A DNA stretch of 64,000 nucleotides from an uncultured Holophagales bacterium (GCA_963842525.1 CAWJGT010000009.1:1760001-1824000), one strand, 5' to 3'; shown: positions 29,642 through 41,529, counted from the first letter of the stretch. The notes: generated by a model from the sequence alone, not told the origin. Numbers and translations are program-made.

Positions 29642-31453
29642 TTACTGGGGAAAGACCCCTTGGAACGCCTTTTTGAATGTCCCTGCGATGTTCCAATCGA
29701 TGGAGAGACCGACGAAAGGAGACCATACGAGACGATCGTTGTCCACGAGAGGGTTAGGGTCACGTTCCTTGAAAACCAAGGTGGCCACAGAAAAACGGAG
29801 AAAGTCGCTAAGTCGAAGACCTACTCCTGCGATAGCTGGACGCCTCCGAATCAGCGGTTCGGCGTCCTCCAGATCGATCTCCTGCTGGGGTAGACCTATC
29901 GTCACCGAGAACCGCTTGCGAAATTCCGTCCAACCCTGTTGTCTGAAATCGGCCCAGCGTAGCTGGGCCTTTTTGTTGACCGGGCGAAAGTAGATGTTGG
30001 CGCCCACATAGGCGAAGGCTTCCTCGATGTCCCAAGCCAACCCCGAGCCAAGGTCGGCGCCCACGTACCAGGTGGCCCGGGTCTCGTATTTGGCCACGGT
30101 CGTGGCCCTCAGGTTGAGAGTTTCGAGAAGCAGCGCCCGAGGCTTGCGGCAAGCTTTTGCAGCTCCGTAGAGCTGTTCGGAGCAAGCCCTTGAGGTTGTC
30201 GGCTGGGCCTGGAGGTCGTTGTTGAACGTCGCGGAGGCGGCGTTCGCCAGATTCTCGATCGTGGAAGAAAACGGGGGTAACCGCCGCGAGCCCCGCCTCG
30301 TTGCGGAGGCCTGCGTCGGTACGCAGGGCGTCGGCGAGCTCTTGGAGATCCCCGAGTTGTGCGGACCGCCACAAGTTTGATTGCCCGGCGTCCCAAATCT
30401 GGTCGAGCGTCCCTGTGTGCTTTCTGAGCGGGCGAGGATTGCGGACCGAGAGAGACCGATCAGATCCAGCGCTCCTGGCGCCCGGCGAGGAGCTGCGCAA
30501 CGCGCGGCTGATTGACGTTGGCCAGGAGAGCGGCGGCGGTGATCTCCAGAGCGGGCTGTCGCTGAGAGGTCGTCAGGTCTCCCGAGACGGCCCAGGCCCG
30601 GTTCTGCAGGTTCGTGCGAGTACCAGCCAGGTTTACTTGGAAGCCCAAGAAGGTGGAGACCTGATTCCCCACCGTCACGCCGAATTGCGATCGATCACGG
30701 CAGGAGGCCGTGTCAAAAAAGGAACCCGGCTCCAGCACCAGGACTCTTGCCCGGTCCGACGTCGCCTGAGCAGCAGCGAGCAGGCTCGCGCGCAATTACC
30801 TGGGCGCGCATCGGCCGGCATGAACTGGCCGGGTCATCGGAGTCCAGAAGTTCTGGTTCATCACCATGGTGATGGCCGTATCCGGCGGCCTCGATCGTGG
30901 GCTTTTCCGTCGGGTCCGTGATGTCCGAGAGGTGGTGAACTCGAAGCAGTAGTACCTGTTAGGCTGAAGTGCCGGCACCAACAGCTCGAAGGAGCGATTG
31001 CCCGGATCCCCCTTCGCGGCCCCCTTTTCGGGAGGATTGCAGTTGACCACACTCAGGCTTTTTGTTTGGGCAATCTCGTGATATTCGCCAGGACTTGGTC
31101 GCAACTCGGGCTTCTTGAAGCCGAGGGCTCCGTCCTTCGATAGAAGTCACCGGGTCGCTACCGTGTCGGTCAGGAAGAAGTGGACGTCGAAGGGGAGAGG
31201 GTCCAGCGATCTTGATTCGAGGTCGATCTCGACCGTGTCCGGTTCCACTCCGTCGAACCCCGAGGCCCGAGGGTGTACTCTCCCACCCTGGAATCCCCCG
31301 GGCGCTTTGACGCGGCCAGGCTCGCAACGAGTGGAGCAGAGACTGCAGAGGCTTGAACGAGGAGGACCCGCGCACAACGAGAGCTTCCAACGGCAGGCAG
31401 CGAAAGGAATCCGGGTTCAAGGAGTCTCCTTTTTTCGAAGGATTCGCTGGCAC
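29642..31453 (-). pseudogene. Large exported hypothetical protein broken into several frames
   Basis: Protein-like fragments in successive frames (PLPFDVHFFL; LQPNRYYCFEF; YVGANIYFRPVNK; FVGLSIDW). Confidence 0.5.
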
Positions 31454-31579
31454 ACTATCATCGAGATCCTGATAGAGGTCAATCGCTCGCCTTCCCGAGA
31501 CTGAGGGTGCCGCCCGCCTCGCACCGTTCCAGCAGGTATGCCCGCTGCTATGATGGTCCTCCGAAAGGCCAATCGCACC

Positions 31580-33199
31580 ATGCTGCGCCTCCGTTACACC
31601 TTAGACGGCCAGAGCCGCTACTTTCCCCTCTCCGGCCCCCGGGTCCGCCTGGGACGCGGGAGCGACAACGACGTCGTTCTCTCGGACGTCTCGGTCTCCC
31701 GCTACCACGCCGAGATCCGCCGCGACGGGGATGGCTGGTCGATCTTCGACCTGAAGAGCACCAACGGCGTGGAGCTGAACCGCGCGGCCGTGCAGCGGGC
31801 TCCCCTCCAGGCGGGCGACCGGCTGAGCATCGGCGTCTTCGAGCTGGTGGTCGAGCCGCACGCGGACGTCCGGACGCAGCAGGACGTGGTGGTCACCGCC
31901 CACCCCGAGAGCGGCACGGTCGACCTCGCGGCCCTCACCAATGCGACCATCGTCCGTCCGCTTGCCGATTTCTCCGAGTCCTTCGGCCTCCTCGGCAAGC
32001 TGGACGCCCCGCTGCCGGCGGAGGCGCCGGCCGACCTCGCCTACACCAACCGGATGTTCGGGTTCCTCACCCGGCTGGCGAAGGTCCTGATCAACGTGGA
32101 GTCGGTGGACGACGTGCTCGCCCGGGTGCTGGACATCGCCTTCGATGCGCTCCCGGTGGACCGCGGGTTCGTCCTGCTCTCGGATGCCGGTGGGGAGCTC
32201 GTCTGCGAGCTCTCCCGCATCAAGGACCGGGTCGAGCTGCGGCCGGCGGAGGTCCCGGTCTCACGCACCATGCTGCGCGCGGTCATGCAGGAGCGGGTGG
32301 CGCTGGTCACCTTCGACGCCCAGTCCGACCAGCGGCTCTCGGGCGGCGAGTCGATCCGCCTGCACCAGATCCGCGCCGCGATGTGCGCCCCGCTCTGGTC
32401 GGGAGAGCGGATCATCGGCGTCATGCAGGTGGACTCGCCGTTCCAGGTGGGCGCCTTCACCGAGCGCGACCTCGACTTCCTGAGCACGCTGGCCAACTAC
32501 GTGGCGGTGGCGGTCGAACGCATCCGCTATGCCCGGCAGGCCGAGCACGAGCGCCAGATGCGGTCGCAGCTCGAGAGGTACCACTCGCCGGCGGTCATCG
32601 AGCAGGTCCTCCACGAGGGGGGCGACGGGTCGCGGCCGCGGCTCGCGCAGGCGACGGTCCTCTTCGCCGACCTAGTGGGGTTCACCTCCTTTCGCGAGAG
32701 CTCGGGGCCTGAGGAGGTGGCGGAGCTGCTCGGCGCCTTCCTGAACCTGTCGGTCGAGGCGATCTTCCGCGCCGGCGGCACCCTGGACAAGTTCATCGGC
32801 GACTGCGTGATGGCCTTCTTCGGCGCGCCGGTGCCGCAGGAGGATCATGCCCTGCGGGCCGCACGGGCGGCGGTCGAGATCCAGCGCGAGCTCAAGGCGT
32901 GGAGCGCGGCGCGGGAGGCCCGTGGGCTGCCCGGTTTCGCCGCCAGGGTCGCCCTGAACAGCGGTCCGGTAGTGGTGGGGGACATCGGCAGCGCCCGCCG
33001 CGTCGACTACACGGTGCTGGGAAACACCGTGAACGTGGCCGCCCGCCTCGAAGCCCTCGTCGCCCGTCCCGGCGACGTCGTCCTCGGCCCCGAGACCTGG
33101 CGCCTCCTCGGCGGCCAGATCCCCGCCGAGCCCCTCGGCGAGCACCAGCTGAAGGGCCTCCAGCAGAAGATCATGGCGTACCGGGTGGCGGCGGGGTGA
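31580..33199 (+). CDS. FHA - GAF - class III adenylate cyclase
   Basis: FHA GR..SRYHA..STNG; cyclase FADLVGFT, DKFIGD, GNTVNVAARLE. Confidence 0.92.
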   Translation: MLRLRYTLDGQSRYFPLSGPRVRLGRGSDNDVVLSDVSVSRYHAEIRRDGDGWSIFDLKSTNGVELNRAAVQRAPLQAGDRLSIGVFELVVEPHADVRTQQDVVVTAHPESGTVDLAALTNATIVRPLADFSESFGLLGKLDAPLPAEAPADLAYTNRMFGFLTRLAKVLINVESVDDVLARVLDIAFDALPVDRGFVLLSDAGGELVCELSRIKDRVELRPAEVPVSRTMLRAVMQERVALVTFDAQSDQRLSGGESIRLHQIRAAMCAPLWSGERIIGVMQVDSPFQVGAFTERDLDFLSTLANYVAVAVERIRYARQAEHERQMRSQLERYHSPAVIEQVLHEGGDGSRPRLAQATVLFADLVGFTSFRESSGPEEVAELLGAFLNLSVEAIFRAGGTLDKFIGDCVMAFFGAPVPQEDHALRAARAAVEIQRELKAWSAAREARGLPGFAARVALNSGPVVVGDIGSARRVDYTVLGNTVNVAARLEALVARPGDVVLGPETWRLLGGQIPAEPLGEHQLKGLQQKIMAYRVAAG

Positions 33200-33211
33200 G
33201 AGAATAGCCGG

Positions 33212-34367
33212 ATGATTCAGGTCATCGAGGCCCTCCACTTCCGAAGCCTGCGGAAAATCCGCCAGGAGATCGATTCATTTCAGGTCCTCGTCGGACCCAA
33301 CGGCAGCGGCAAGTCCTCTTTTCTGGATGTGATCCGGATGATCGGAGATCTCCTTACGGACGGGCTTGCCCCCGCAATCCGCAAGCGGTCTCCGAACTTT
33401 TCGGATTTGGTATGGATGTCGGACCCGAAGGGCAGCTTCGAGGTCACGATAGAGCTCCAAGATGACAGAGATCGGCGAGCCAAGTACGAGATCACGATTG
33501 GTCCGGCCGAGAAAGGAGAGATCTCGATCCTGCACGAGGCGCTCTGGACTGCATCGCCTGGGGGAGGGTTGGGCCTGAAAGGTTGGAGAAAGATCATTGA
33601 AAAGGATCCGGAGTCAGGCATTGATCGGTTCTTCTCCGAGACTGACGATTGGACGAGCCCCTTCCGATTCGGCCCCCAAAGATCGGCCCTCTCCAATCTG
33701 CCAGAAGACGAAGATCTCTTCCCAGTGGCCACTTGGGTCAAGCGATTCCTCCGTGAAGGCGTGCACTTGCTGGCCCTCAACAGCGAGGTCATGAGGAGAC
33801 CCTCACCACCAGGCAGCCCGACCGAGTTCCAGCCCGACGGCTCGAATCTGCCATGGGCGATCGAGGAGCTTCGGACAACGAATGGGCCGGTCTTCCAGCG
33901 CTGGATTGACCACGTGCGAACGGCTCTTCCGGATATCGAAACCGTCGAAACGGTGGAGCGCGAGGAGGACCGGCACCGGTATCTCCGGATCATCTACAAG
34001 ACCGGTCTGCGGGCCCCCTCCTGGACCGTGTCTGACGGGACTCTTCGCCTGCTCGCCCTGACCCTGGTTGGATATCTGGAGAAGCTCCGGGCGCATCTAC
34101 CTGATTGAGGAGCCTGAGAACGGAATCCATCCGCAGGCCGTGGAGACGGTGTTTCAGTCGCTCTCGTCAGCCTATGGCAGCCAGATCCTCTGCGCGACCC
34201 ACTCGCCGGTCTTCTTGGCCATGGCCGAGCCCGAGCAGGTCCTCTGCTTTGCTCGCACGCCGGATGGCGCCACGGCCGTTGTGCGCGGGTCCGAGCATCC
34301 GAACCTGAAGGACTGGAAGCGCTCCACGGACCTCGGGACGCTCTTCGCCACGGGAATTCTCGGATGA
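33212..34367 (+). CDS. ABC/AAA_21-type ATPase, MAD3-like (frameshift ~34085)
   Basis: GPNGSGKS, VSDGTLR, LIEEPENGIHP, ATHSP. Confidence 0.8.
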
Positions 34368-35005
34368 GCGCGGGCGAGCCGCTCGACTTGGTCGTGCTCG
34401 TTCCGGGCAAGGATGACCGGGAGACCGTCGACGGATTGCTGTCCGTCCGTTCCGAGAGCCTCGGAATCCTGCGCATCCGCTACGAGATCCTGGTGCATCC
34501 GCGGCGAGATGCCGGCTGCTTCCACGAGGCCCCCGCCGTGCTTCAGCCGTTCCACCGGCGAGCCCGTCATGCGCTTGTCCTGTTCGATCGCGAAGGGTGC
34601 GGGCAGGAAAACCGCACGGCACAAGAGATTGCCGGGGATGTCCAGGGCCGGCTCGCCGAGGCAGGCTGGGGAGATCGCGCCGAGGCCGTCGTCATCGATC
34701 CGGAGCTGGAGGTCTGGATCTGGACTGATTCTCCTCGGATCGAGGGCGAGCTCGGGTGGAGCCATCGTGATCGACGGCTCCGGGACTGGCTCCAGGAGAA
34801 CGGATGGTGGGGCGAGGAGGAACGCAAGCCGGCCCGTCCCAAAGAGGCGTTCGAACGGGTGCTGCGGGAACTGCGCCTGCAGCGCTCCTCCTCGATCTAC
34901 GGCAGGCTTGCCAGGACGGTTGGGCTCCGCCGTTGCGAGGACCTCAGCTTCCGGAGATTCTGTGATCTGCTCCGGTCCTGGTTTCCCGCCGAGCCTCCGG
35001 CCTGA
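34364..35005 (+). CDS. TOPRIM-like DUF4276 / MAD4-like protein
   Basis: DLVVLV, LFDREG, VIDPELEVWIW, PKE; ATGA-coupled to the ATPase. Confidence 0.6.
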   Translation: MSAGEPLDLVVLVPGKDDRETVDGLLSVRSESLGILRIRYEILVHPRRDAGCFHEAPAVLQPFHRRARHALVLFDREGCGQENRTAQEIAGDVQGRLAEAGWGDRAEAVVIDPELEVWIWTDSPRIEGELGWSHRDRRLRDWLQENGWWGEEERKPARPKEAFERVLRELRLQRSSSIYGRLARTVGLRRCEDLSFRRFCDLLRSWFPAEPPA

Positions 35006-35007
35006 TC

Positions 35008-35820
35008 CTACCGTGCCGTCGGGATCTGCAGCATCTGGCCGGGCTTCAGGCGGCTGGAGCGGACGCCGTTGGCGCTCTTGATCCTGGAGACGCTCGTGCC
35101 GTGGCGCTGGGCGATGCTCCAGAGGCTGTCACCGGACCGGACCTTGTATTTGCGGTTGGAGGCCTTGGCCACCGTGCCCCGGCTCGAACCGCCCGTGCCC
35201 TTGGCCGCGACCTGGACGCCGGAATCCACGCCGCGGCTGGCCAGGTAGCGCATGTAGGGCTGCGGGTAGAGCGTGACGTGGTAGTGCGGGGGATGGTTCT
35301 CGCGCGTGGCCTCCAGGACCCCTTTCCCCTCCAGGGCGAGCAGGTTCTTCTCCAGCCAGGCGCGGCAGGCCGGACGGCTGCTGCGGCGCAGGTCGACCGC
35401 CATGCCGGTGGGGTGGACCGAAAGCGGCGAGGCGTTGCGGGGTTGGCGCGTCGTGGGCCGGGTGAGGCTGGTCACCACCAGCCGCTCCCGGCAGGCGCTC
35501 TTGTACTGCTGCGCCAGGCGCTCGATGAAGGTCTTGACCTCGGACCGCGCATAGGGGAAGGAGACGTCGACCACCCGGAAATTGGAATTTCCCGTCACGC
35601 GGACAAGCAGGCCGCGGCTCGCGAACTCGCGGACCTCGCTGGAGGTGCGCAGGTAGGTGTAGTCGTGCTCCCGGGCCATCCGGTTCTGGCGGACCATCGA
35701 GACCTTCGAGCCGGCGAGGCTCTGGGCCTCGGGGGCCGGCACGGCGGCGAGAAGGAGCAGACCGGAGGCGACGGCGACGCGGGACAGGGGCCGGAGGCGG
35801 GAGGATCTCTCGAGCTTCAT
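35008..35820 (-). CDS. DUF5715 (M15-like peptidase fold) + LysM protein
   Basis: VTSLTR, SVHPTGMAVD, HYHV; LysM YKVRSGDSLWSIA. Confidence 0.85.
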   Translation of the reverse strand: MKLERSSRLRPLSRVAVASGLLLLAAVPAPEAQSLAGSKVSMVRQNRMAREHDYTYLRTSSEVREFASRGLLVRVTGNSNFRVVDVSFPYARSEVKTFIERLAQQYKSACRERLVVTSLTRPTTRQPRNASPLSVHPTGMAVDLRRSSRPACRAWLEKNLLALEGKGVLEATRENHPPHYHVTLYPQPYMRYLASRGVDSGVQVAAKGTGGSSRGTVAKASNRKYKVRSGDSLWSIAQRHGTSVSRIKSANGVRSSRLKPGQMLQIPTAR

Positions 35821-35961
35821 TCTTGCGACAACTCCGTCATCAGTGAAGGTCCGCTGGCGTAAGCGGCTCTCCCTGAGACAAAATGCAGAACAGAAAGTTC
35901 ATCCAAGCGTATTCAGGGTACCACAGACGCCGTGAATTCGTGCCCTGGTTTTTTCCGGGAT

Positions 35962-37119
35962 TTACGCCGGCGAAGACGTAGGCGCCACCTTGGCGGGCGC
36001 TGACGGCGTCGTCGTCCAGACCTCCGCCAGCGCCCGCTGGAAGTTGCCTCCCAGGATGAGCTCGATGTTCCGGTCGCTGTACCCTCGCCGGATCAGGCCT
36101 TCGGCGAGGTCGAAGATCCGCCGCGGGTGGCGGAGGCCGCGCACGACGTACCGCGGCCGGACCTGCCGGGTACGAGGATCGATCGCGTCCACGTCGGTGT
36201 CGCTTCCCACCCCGACGTGCTCGACGCCGACCAGGCGGATGACGTGGTCGAAGTGGTCGAGCACGTCGTTGAAGGACGCGGCCTTCCCCTGCTTCAGGAA
36301 CGCGGGGAGGACCGTGATGCCCATCACGCCGCCGCGCGCGGCCATCTTCTGGATCACCGCGTCGGACTTGCAGCGCGGGTGCGGCACCAGTGCGCGGCAG
36401 TTCGCGTGCGTGACCAGCACCGGCTTGCGGGAGGCGGCGATCGCCTGGAGCGTCGTCTGGTCCGAGCAGTGCGAGACGTCGACCACCATGCCGACCCGGT
36501 TCATGGCCTGGACGACCTTCACCCCGTACTCGGTCAGGCCGGTGTCGCGGAGCTCCTTGCAGCCGGCGCCGAGCCGGTTGCACTCGTTGTAGGTGAGCTG
36601 CGACACCCTCTGCCCCAGGCCATGGAAGAGCGCCACGTCGTCGACGCTCTGGAAGTGGTCGGAGTTCTGGAAGCCGATCAGGAGGCCGACCTTCCCCTCG
36701 TCGCGCGCCCGCTTCAGGTCGGCGGCGTTGTCGATGCGCACGAAGTAGCCGGGCTGGGCGCCGAGGAAGTGGTTCCAGCGCCAGGTCCAGCGGAGCGCCG
36801 CCTCGCGCGGCTTCTCCGCGTTGGGCTCGACGGCGGGGTGGTAGACACCGATGCCGGTGCTGCGCAGCTTCTGGAAGTCGGCCTGGGTGAAGCTGTCCGG
36901 CTGGCCCTGCCAGCGGTAGAGCTTCTGCCAGTCCAGGGTCAGCAGCCCGAGCATGTCGATCACCATGGAGCGGCCGACCAGCTCGAGGGCGCGGGCCGAG
37001 GTGTCGGGCCCCTGGTCCGCGAAGAGGCTGAACCGGCCGCGGTTGATCATCGGGGCGCACAGCACCCCCGCGCCGGCGAGCAGGCCCGTCCTGAGGAATT
37101 GCCTTCGGTTCAACTTCAA
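35962..37119 (-). CDS. Membrane dipeptidase (M19) with Tat signal
   Basis: NRRQFL, VDVSH, THAN, GVGSD, GGNF. Confidence 0.9.
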   Translation of the reverse strand: MKLNRRQFLRTGLLAGAGVLCAPMINRGRFSLFADQGPDTSARALELVGRSMVIDMLGLLTLDWQKLYRWQGQPDSFTQADFQKLRSTGIGVYHPAVEPNAEKPREAALRWTWRWNHFLGAQPGYFVRIDNAADLKRARDEGKVGLLIGFQNSDHFQSVDDVALFHGLGQRVSQLTYNECNRLGAGCKELRDTGLTEYGVKVVQAMNRVGMVVDVSHCSDQTTLQAIAASRKPVLVTHANCRALVPHPRCKSDAVIQKMAARGGVMGITVLPAFLKQGKAASFNDVLDHFDHVIRLVGVEHVGVGSDTDVDAIDPRTRQVRPRYVVRGLRHPRRIFDLAEGLIRRGYSDRNIELILGGNFQRALAEVWTTTPSAPAKVAPTSSPA

Positions 37120-37228
37120 ATGTACATCCGCCGAATCAGTTGGCAGGATTCTACACGTCTCCCCGAGCCTCCGCTAGGGGGGAGCGAAAAAAAGCTGTTG
37201 TAATTTTTGGATAGAGAGGGGCGCGGAG

Positions 37229-37254
37229 GCCGGCCCACCGGGTGGTGGGCCGGC
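37229..37254 (-). terminator. GC-rich hairpin after the S1-domain gene
   Basis: GCCGGCCCACC-GGGT-GGTGGGCCGGC right after the stop codon; no clear U tract. Confidence 0.45.
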
Positions 37255-37256
37255 TG

Positions 37257-38541
37257 CTACTTGCGCTTCATGTTCTTGAAGAAGTCCGCCATCGAGCCGA
37301 AGCCGCTCGCGGGCGACGGCGCCGCCGAAGACGACGACGAAGAAGAAGAGGACGATGAGCCGCGGCCGCCGGAGTAGCTGCCGGCCATGGCCTCGTCGCG
37401 GTCGTCCTCCATGCCCACGCCCCGCGTGCCCATGGTCAGGGAGATGCGGCGCTTGGCCGAGTCGACCCCGAGCACCCGCACCCGCACGTCCTGGCCGAGC
37501 TGGGCCGCCTCGCGGGAATGGGTCAGGCGGCGGCCGGAGCCCATCTCGCTGATGTGGACCAGCCCTTCGATGCCGGGCGCGATCTCCACGAAGGCGCCGA
37601 ACGACTCCAGGCGCATGATCCGCCCGGACAGCTCGGTCCCTTCGGGGAAGCGATCGGCCACGTCTCTCCAGGGGTCGCGCTCCATGCTCTTGCGGGACAG
37701 CGAGATGCGCGGCCGCTTGTCATCCTTGCCCTTCTCGATCTTGATGACCTGGACCTCGACCTCCTGCCCGACCTGGAGCACCTCGTTCGGGTGCGCGAGC
37801 CGCGAGTGGCCGATCTCGCTGACGTGCAGCATGCCCTCGAGGCCGCCGAGGTCGACGAACGCGCCGTAGCTGGTCAGCGACGTGATCCGGCCGTTGAGGA
37901 TGGCCCCGACCTGGAGCCTCTCGCGGGTCTCGGCCGCCTTGGACTGGGCCTCCTCTTCGAGGAGCGCCCGGCGCGACAGCACGATGTTCGGACGGGTCCG
38001 GCCGGCCTCGATGCCGGCTGACCTTGAACGACAGCCGCTGGCCGATGAACTGCTGCGGGCTCTCGACGTAGCGCAGGTCGAGCTGCGAGAGGGGGCAGAA
38101 GGCCCGCATCCCGGAGACCTGCACCTCGGCGCCGCCCTTGTTGATGGCCGTCACCAGCCCCTCGACCGGGATGCCCGTCTCGAGGGCCTGGCGCAGCTCG
38201 TTGGAGACGTCCTGGCCGCGGGCGGCCTTGCGCCGCAGCACCAGGCTGCCGGTCTCAGGGTCGGTGCCGGTGACCGTGGCCTCGAGCTCGTCCCCGACAT
38301 TGACGGTGAGAGCGCCGGCCGCGTCCTTGAGCTGGGCGATGTCGATCACCCCTTCGGACTTGCCGCCGAGGTCGACGAAGGCCGTCGTCTCGCCGATCGA
38401 GAGGATGCGGCCCTTGACCTTCCCGCCCACCGCGGGCTCCGGCGCCGCGGTCTCGCTGCCCTTCTCCTCGCTGTCCTTCTCCTCGAACTCCGCCAGGATC
38501 TGGCCGAAGTCCTTGCCTTCCTCGATTTCCTGCTCCTTCAT
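37257..38541 (-). CDS. S1 RNA-binding repeat protein (RpsA-like, four S1 domains; frameshift ~38010)
   Basis: AFVDLGGK, RAFCPLSQ, YGAFVDLGG, FGAFVEI..GIEGLVHISE. Confidence 0.85.
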
Positions 38542-38735
38542 TCCTTGGCTCCTGCGTACCGTTCGTGTGCCCGACTGCCCGGCCCGCGCATTGTAAACCG
38601 ACCGAAGGTATCATGCCGAGGCGCAGAAGGTTTCAACCCGCGCGGGACCCGTTTCGATTCCCACCCGGCGAGATCGGGGCTCGGGAATGGCTTCCGCGTG
38701 GCGGCTCGTTCTGCTTCTCGACGTGAGGGGACTTC

Positions 38736-41508
38736 ATGAGATCAGGCATTTTGTACGCATTGGCGCTGCTGTTGTTTCCGTTCCTCGCCGGTTCCGCCGC
38801 CGCGCAGGCGGGGGAGGCCCACCTCGCCGACCTCCGGCAGCTCACCCGGGGCGGCGAGAACGCCGAGGCCTACTGGTCTCCCGACGGCAAGCAGCTCGTC
38901 TTCCAGTCGACCCGCCCGCCGTTCGCCTGCGACCAGATCCTGCGGATGCCGGCCGACGGCACGGGGCAGCCGGCCCGGGTCTCGACAGGCAAGGGGCGGA
39001 CCACCTGCTCCTATTTCACCGCGGACGGCGCGAGGATCCTCTACTCCTCGACCCACCACGCCCGCGAGGCCTGCCCGCCGCCGCCGGACCGCTCCCACGG
39101 CTACGTCTGGCCGATCGACCCGGACTATGAGATCTGGAGCGTGCGGCCGGACGGCTCGGACCCCGAGCGGCTGACGAACAACCGGGCCTACGACGCCGAG
39201 ATCCACGGTCTGCCCGCGGGGTGACCAGAAGGGTGCGGTCATCTTCACCTCGACCCGCGACGGCGACCTGGACCTCTACCGGATGGACGCCGACGGCTCG
39301 CACGTCCGGCGCCTGACGAGCACCCCCGGCTATGACGGCGGCGCCTTCTTCTCGCCGGACTGCCGGCAGATCGTCTGGCGGGCCTCCCGGCCGGCCGCGG
39401 GCGAGGAGCTGGACGACTACCGGCGCCTGCTCTCCCAGGGCCTGGTGCGGCCGACCCGGCTCGAGCTCTGGGTGGCGGACGCCGACGGCCGCAACGCCCG
39501 TCAGGTGACGAGCCTCGGCGCGGCCTCGTTCGCCCCCGCGTTCTTCCCCTCGGGCAAGAGGATCATCTTCTCCTCCAACCACAGCGACCCGAAGGGGCGC
39601 GAGTTCGACCTCTGGGCGATCGACACCGACGGCACGGACCTCGAACGCATCACCACGAGCCCGGGCTTCGACGGGTTCCCGATGTTCTCCCCGGACGGCA
39701 CCCGCCTCGCCTTCGCCTCCAACCGCAACCAGGGTGCGCCCGGAGAGACGAACGTCTTCGTGGCGCGCTGGGTGGACAGGAGGGAGGCCGAGCCCGGGGC
39801 CAGCGTCCCGGCGCGGGCACAGCGGTTCCTGGACGACGTGCGCTGGCTGGCCGATGACGCACGGGAGGGCCGGGGCATCGGCACCAAGGGGCTCGACGAG
39901 GCCCGGCGCTGGCTCGAAACCCGCTTCCGCGAGGTGGGGCTCGCGCCGGCGGGGGAGAACGGGACGTACTTCGAGAGCTTCGAGGTGCCGGTCGCCGTGG
40001 AGGTGCTGCCGGGCACGACCGTGACCGTCGACGGCCGGCCGGTGCCGCGCGACGCCTTCCAGCCGGCGAGCTTTTCGGGCGCCGGCGCCACCGGGACGGT
40101 CGACGGCGAGGTGGTGGCCGCCGGCTACGGCATCACCGCGGCCGACCTGGGGGTGGACGACTACAAGGGCCTCGACGTCCAGGGCAGGATCGTCGCCGTC
40201 CGTCGCTACACGCCCAAGGGCGCCCCGTTCGACAAGGAGGAGCTGGAGCGCCGCTACGGCGATCTGCGCTACAAGGCCTTCAACGCGCGCGAGCACGGAG
40301 CCAGCGGCCTGATCGTGGTCGACCTCCCGGCCGGGGAAGACCCTGGCTCCGAGCCGCCGCTGCCGGTGCCGGTCGTCGAGACCAGCATGGCGGCGTCCAC
40401 GGGTGACGTGGGCATCCCGGTGGTCGTCCTGACCCGCGCCGCCGGCGCCGGGCTGTTCGAAGGGGCGCAGGCCGGCCATCGGGCCGCGCTCGCCATCGAG
40501 CTGAAGTTCCGCCAGGAGCCGGCCGCGAACGTGATCGGCGTGCTGCGCGCCGGAGCGGCGGAGCGCCTGCCGGGCTCGGTCCTGGTCGGCGCCCACTACG
40601 ACCACATCGGCTACGGCGGAGGCGCCTCCATGGCGCCCGGCGTCCGCGAGGTCCACAACGGCGCGGACGACAACGCCTCCGGGACCGCCGCGCTGCTGGA
40701 GGCGGCTCGCCAGCTCGCGGCGCGGCGCTCCGAGCTGCGGCGGGACGTCTACTTCGTAGCCTTCTCCGCCGAGGAGTCGGGCGTCCTCGGCTCGACGGCC
40801 ATGACCCGCCGTCCGCCGCCCGGGTTCGCCATCGCCGACCTGGTGGCGATGCTCAACATGGACATGGTGGGGCGGCTGCGCGACGGCAAGCTCTCGGTCC
40901 TGGGGGGCGACACGTCCGAAGGCTGGCCCGACCTGGTCAATCCGGCCTGCAAGCGGGCGCAGCTCAACTGCACCCTGGGCGGCGACGGCTACGGCGCCTC
41001 GGACCAGACCCCGTTCTACGCCTCCGGCGTTCCGGTGCTCCATTTCTTCACCGGCACCCACGAGGACTACCACAAACCGTCGGACGACACCGGCAAGGTC
41101 AACGCCCAGGGAGGCGAGCAGGTGGCCGGCGTGGTCGCCGAGGTCGCGCTCGGGCTGGCCGGCCGGCCGGAGCGCCTGGCCTACAAGAGCGCGCCGGCAC
41201 CGGCGCCGCAGGGGGACATGCGCTCCTTCGGCGCCTCCCTGGGCACGGTCCCTGACTACGCAGGTGACGGCCGGCCCGGGGTGCTCCTGGCCGGCGTCCG
41301 CCCCGGCAGCCCGGCTGAGAAGGGCGGGCTGCAGCGCGGCGACCTCCTGGTCGAGCTCGCCGGCACGCCGGTCCGCGGCATCCACGACTTGATGTTCGTA
41401 CTGCGCAGCGCGAAACCGGGCCAGGCAGCGAAGGCGGTGGTCGACCGCGAGGGGCAGAAGGTCGAGCTCGACGTGACCTTTGAAGCCAGCAGCCGGGCCG
41501 TCCGGTGA
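38736..41508 (+). CDS. TolB/PD40 propeller - PA - M28 peptidase - PDZ protein (frameshift ~39200)
   Basis: WSPDG/FSPDG repeats; GAHYDH, GADDNASG, AEE, DYHKPSD; PDZ at the C-terminus. Confidence 0.88.
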
Positions 41509-41529
41509 TTCTTTGAGGGAGCCTGTTCC

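Noticed and set aside
37325-37360. GAA/GAC trinucleotide run as a contingency locus
   Set aside because: Imperfect, in frame, and encodes a Ser-rich low-complexity tail of the S1 protein
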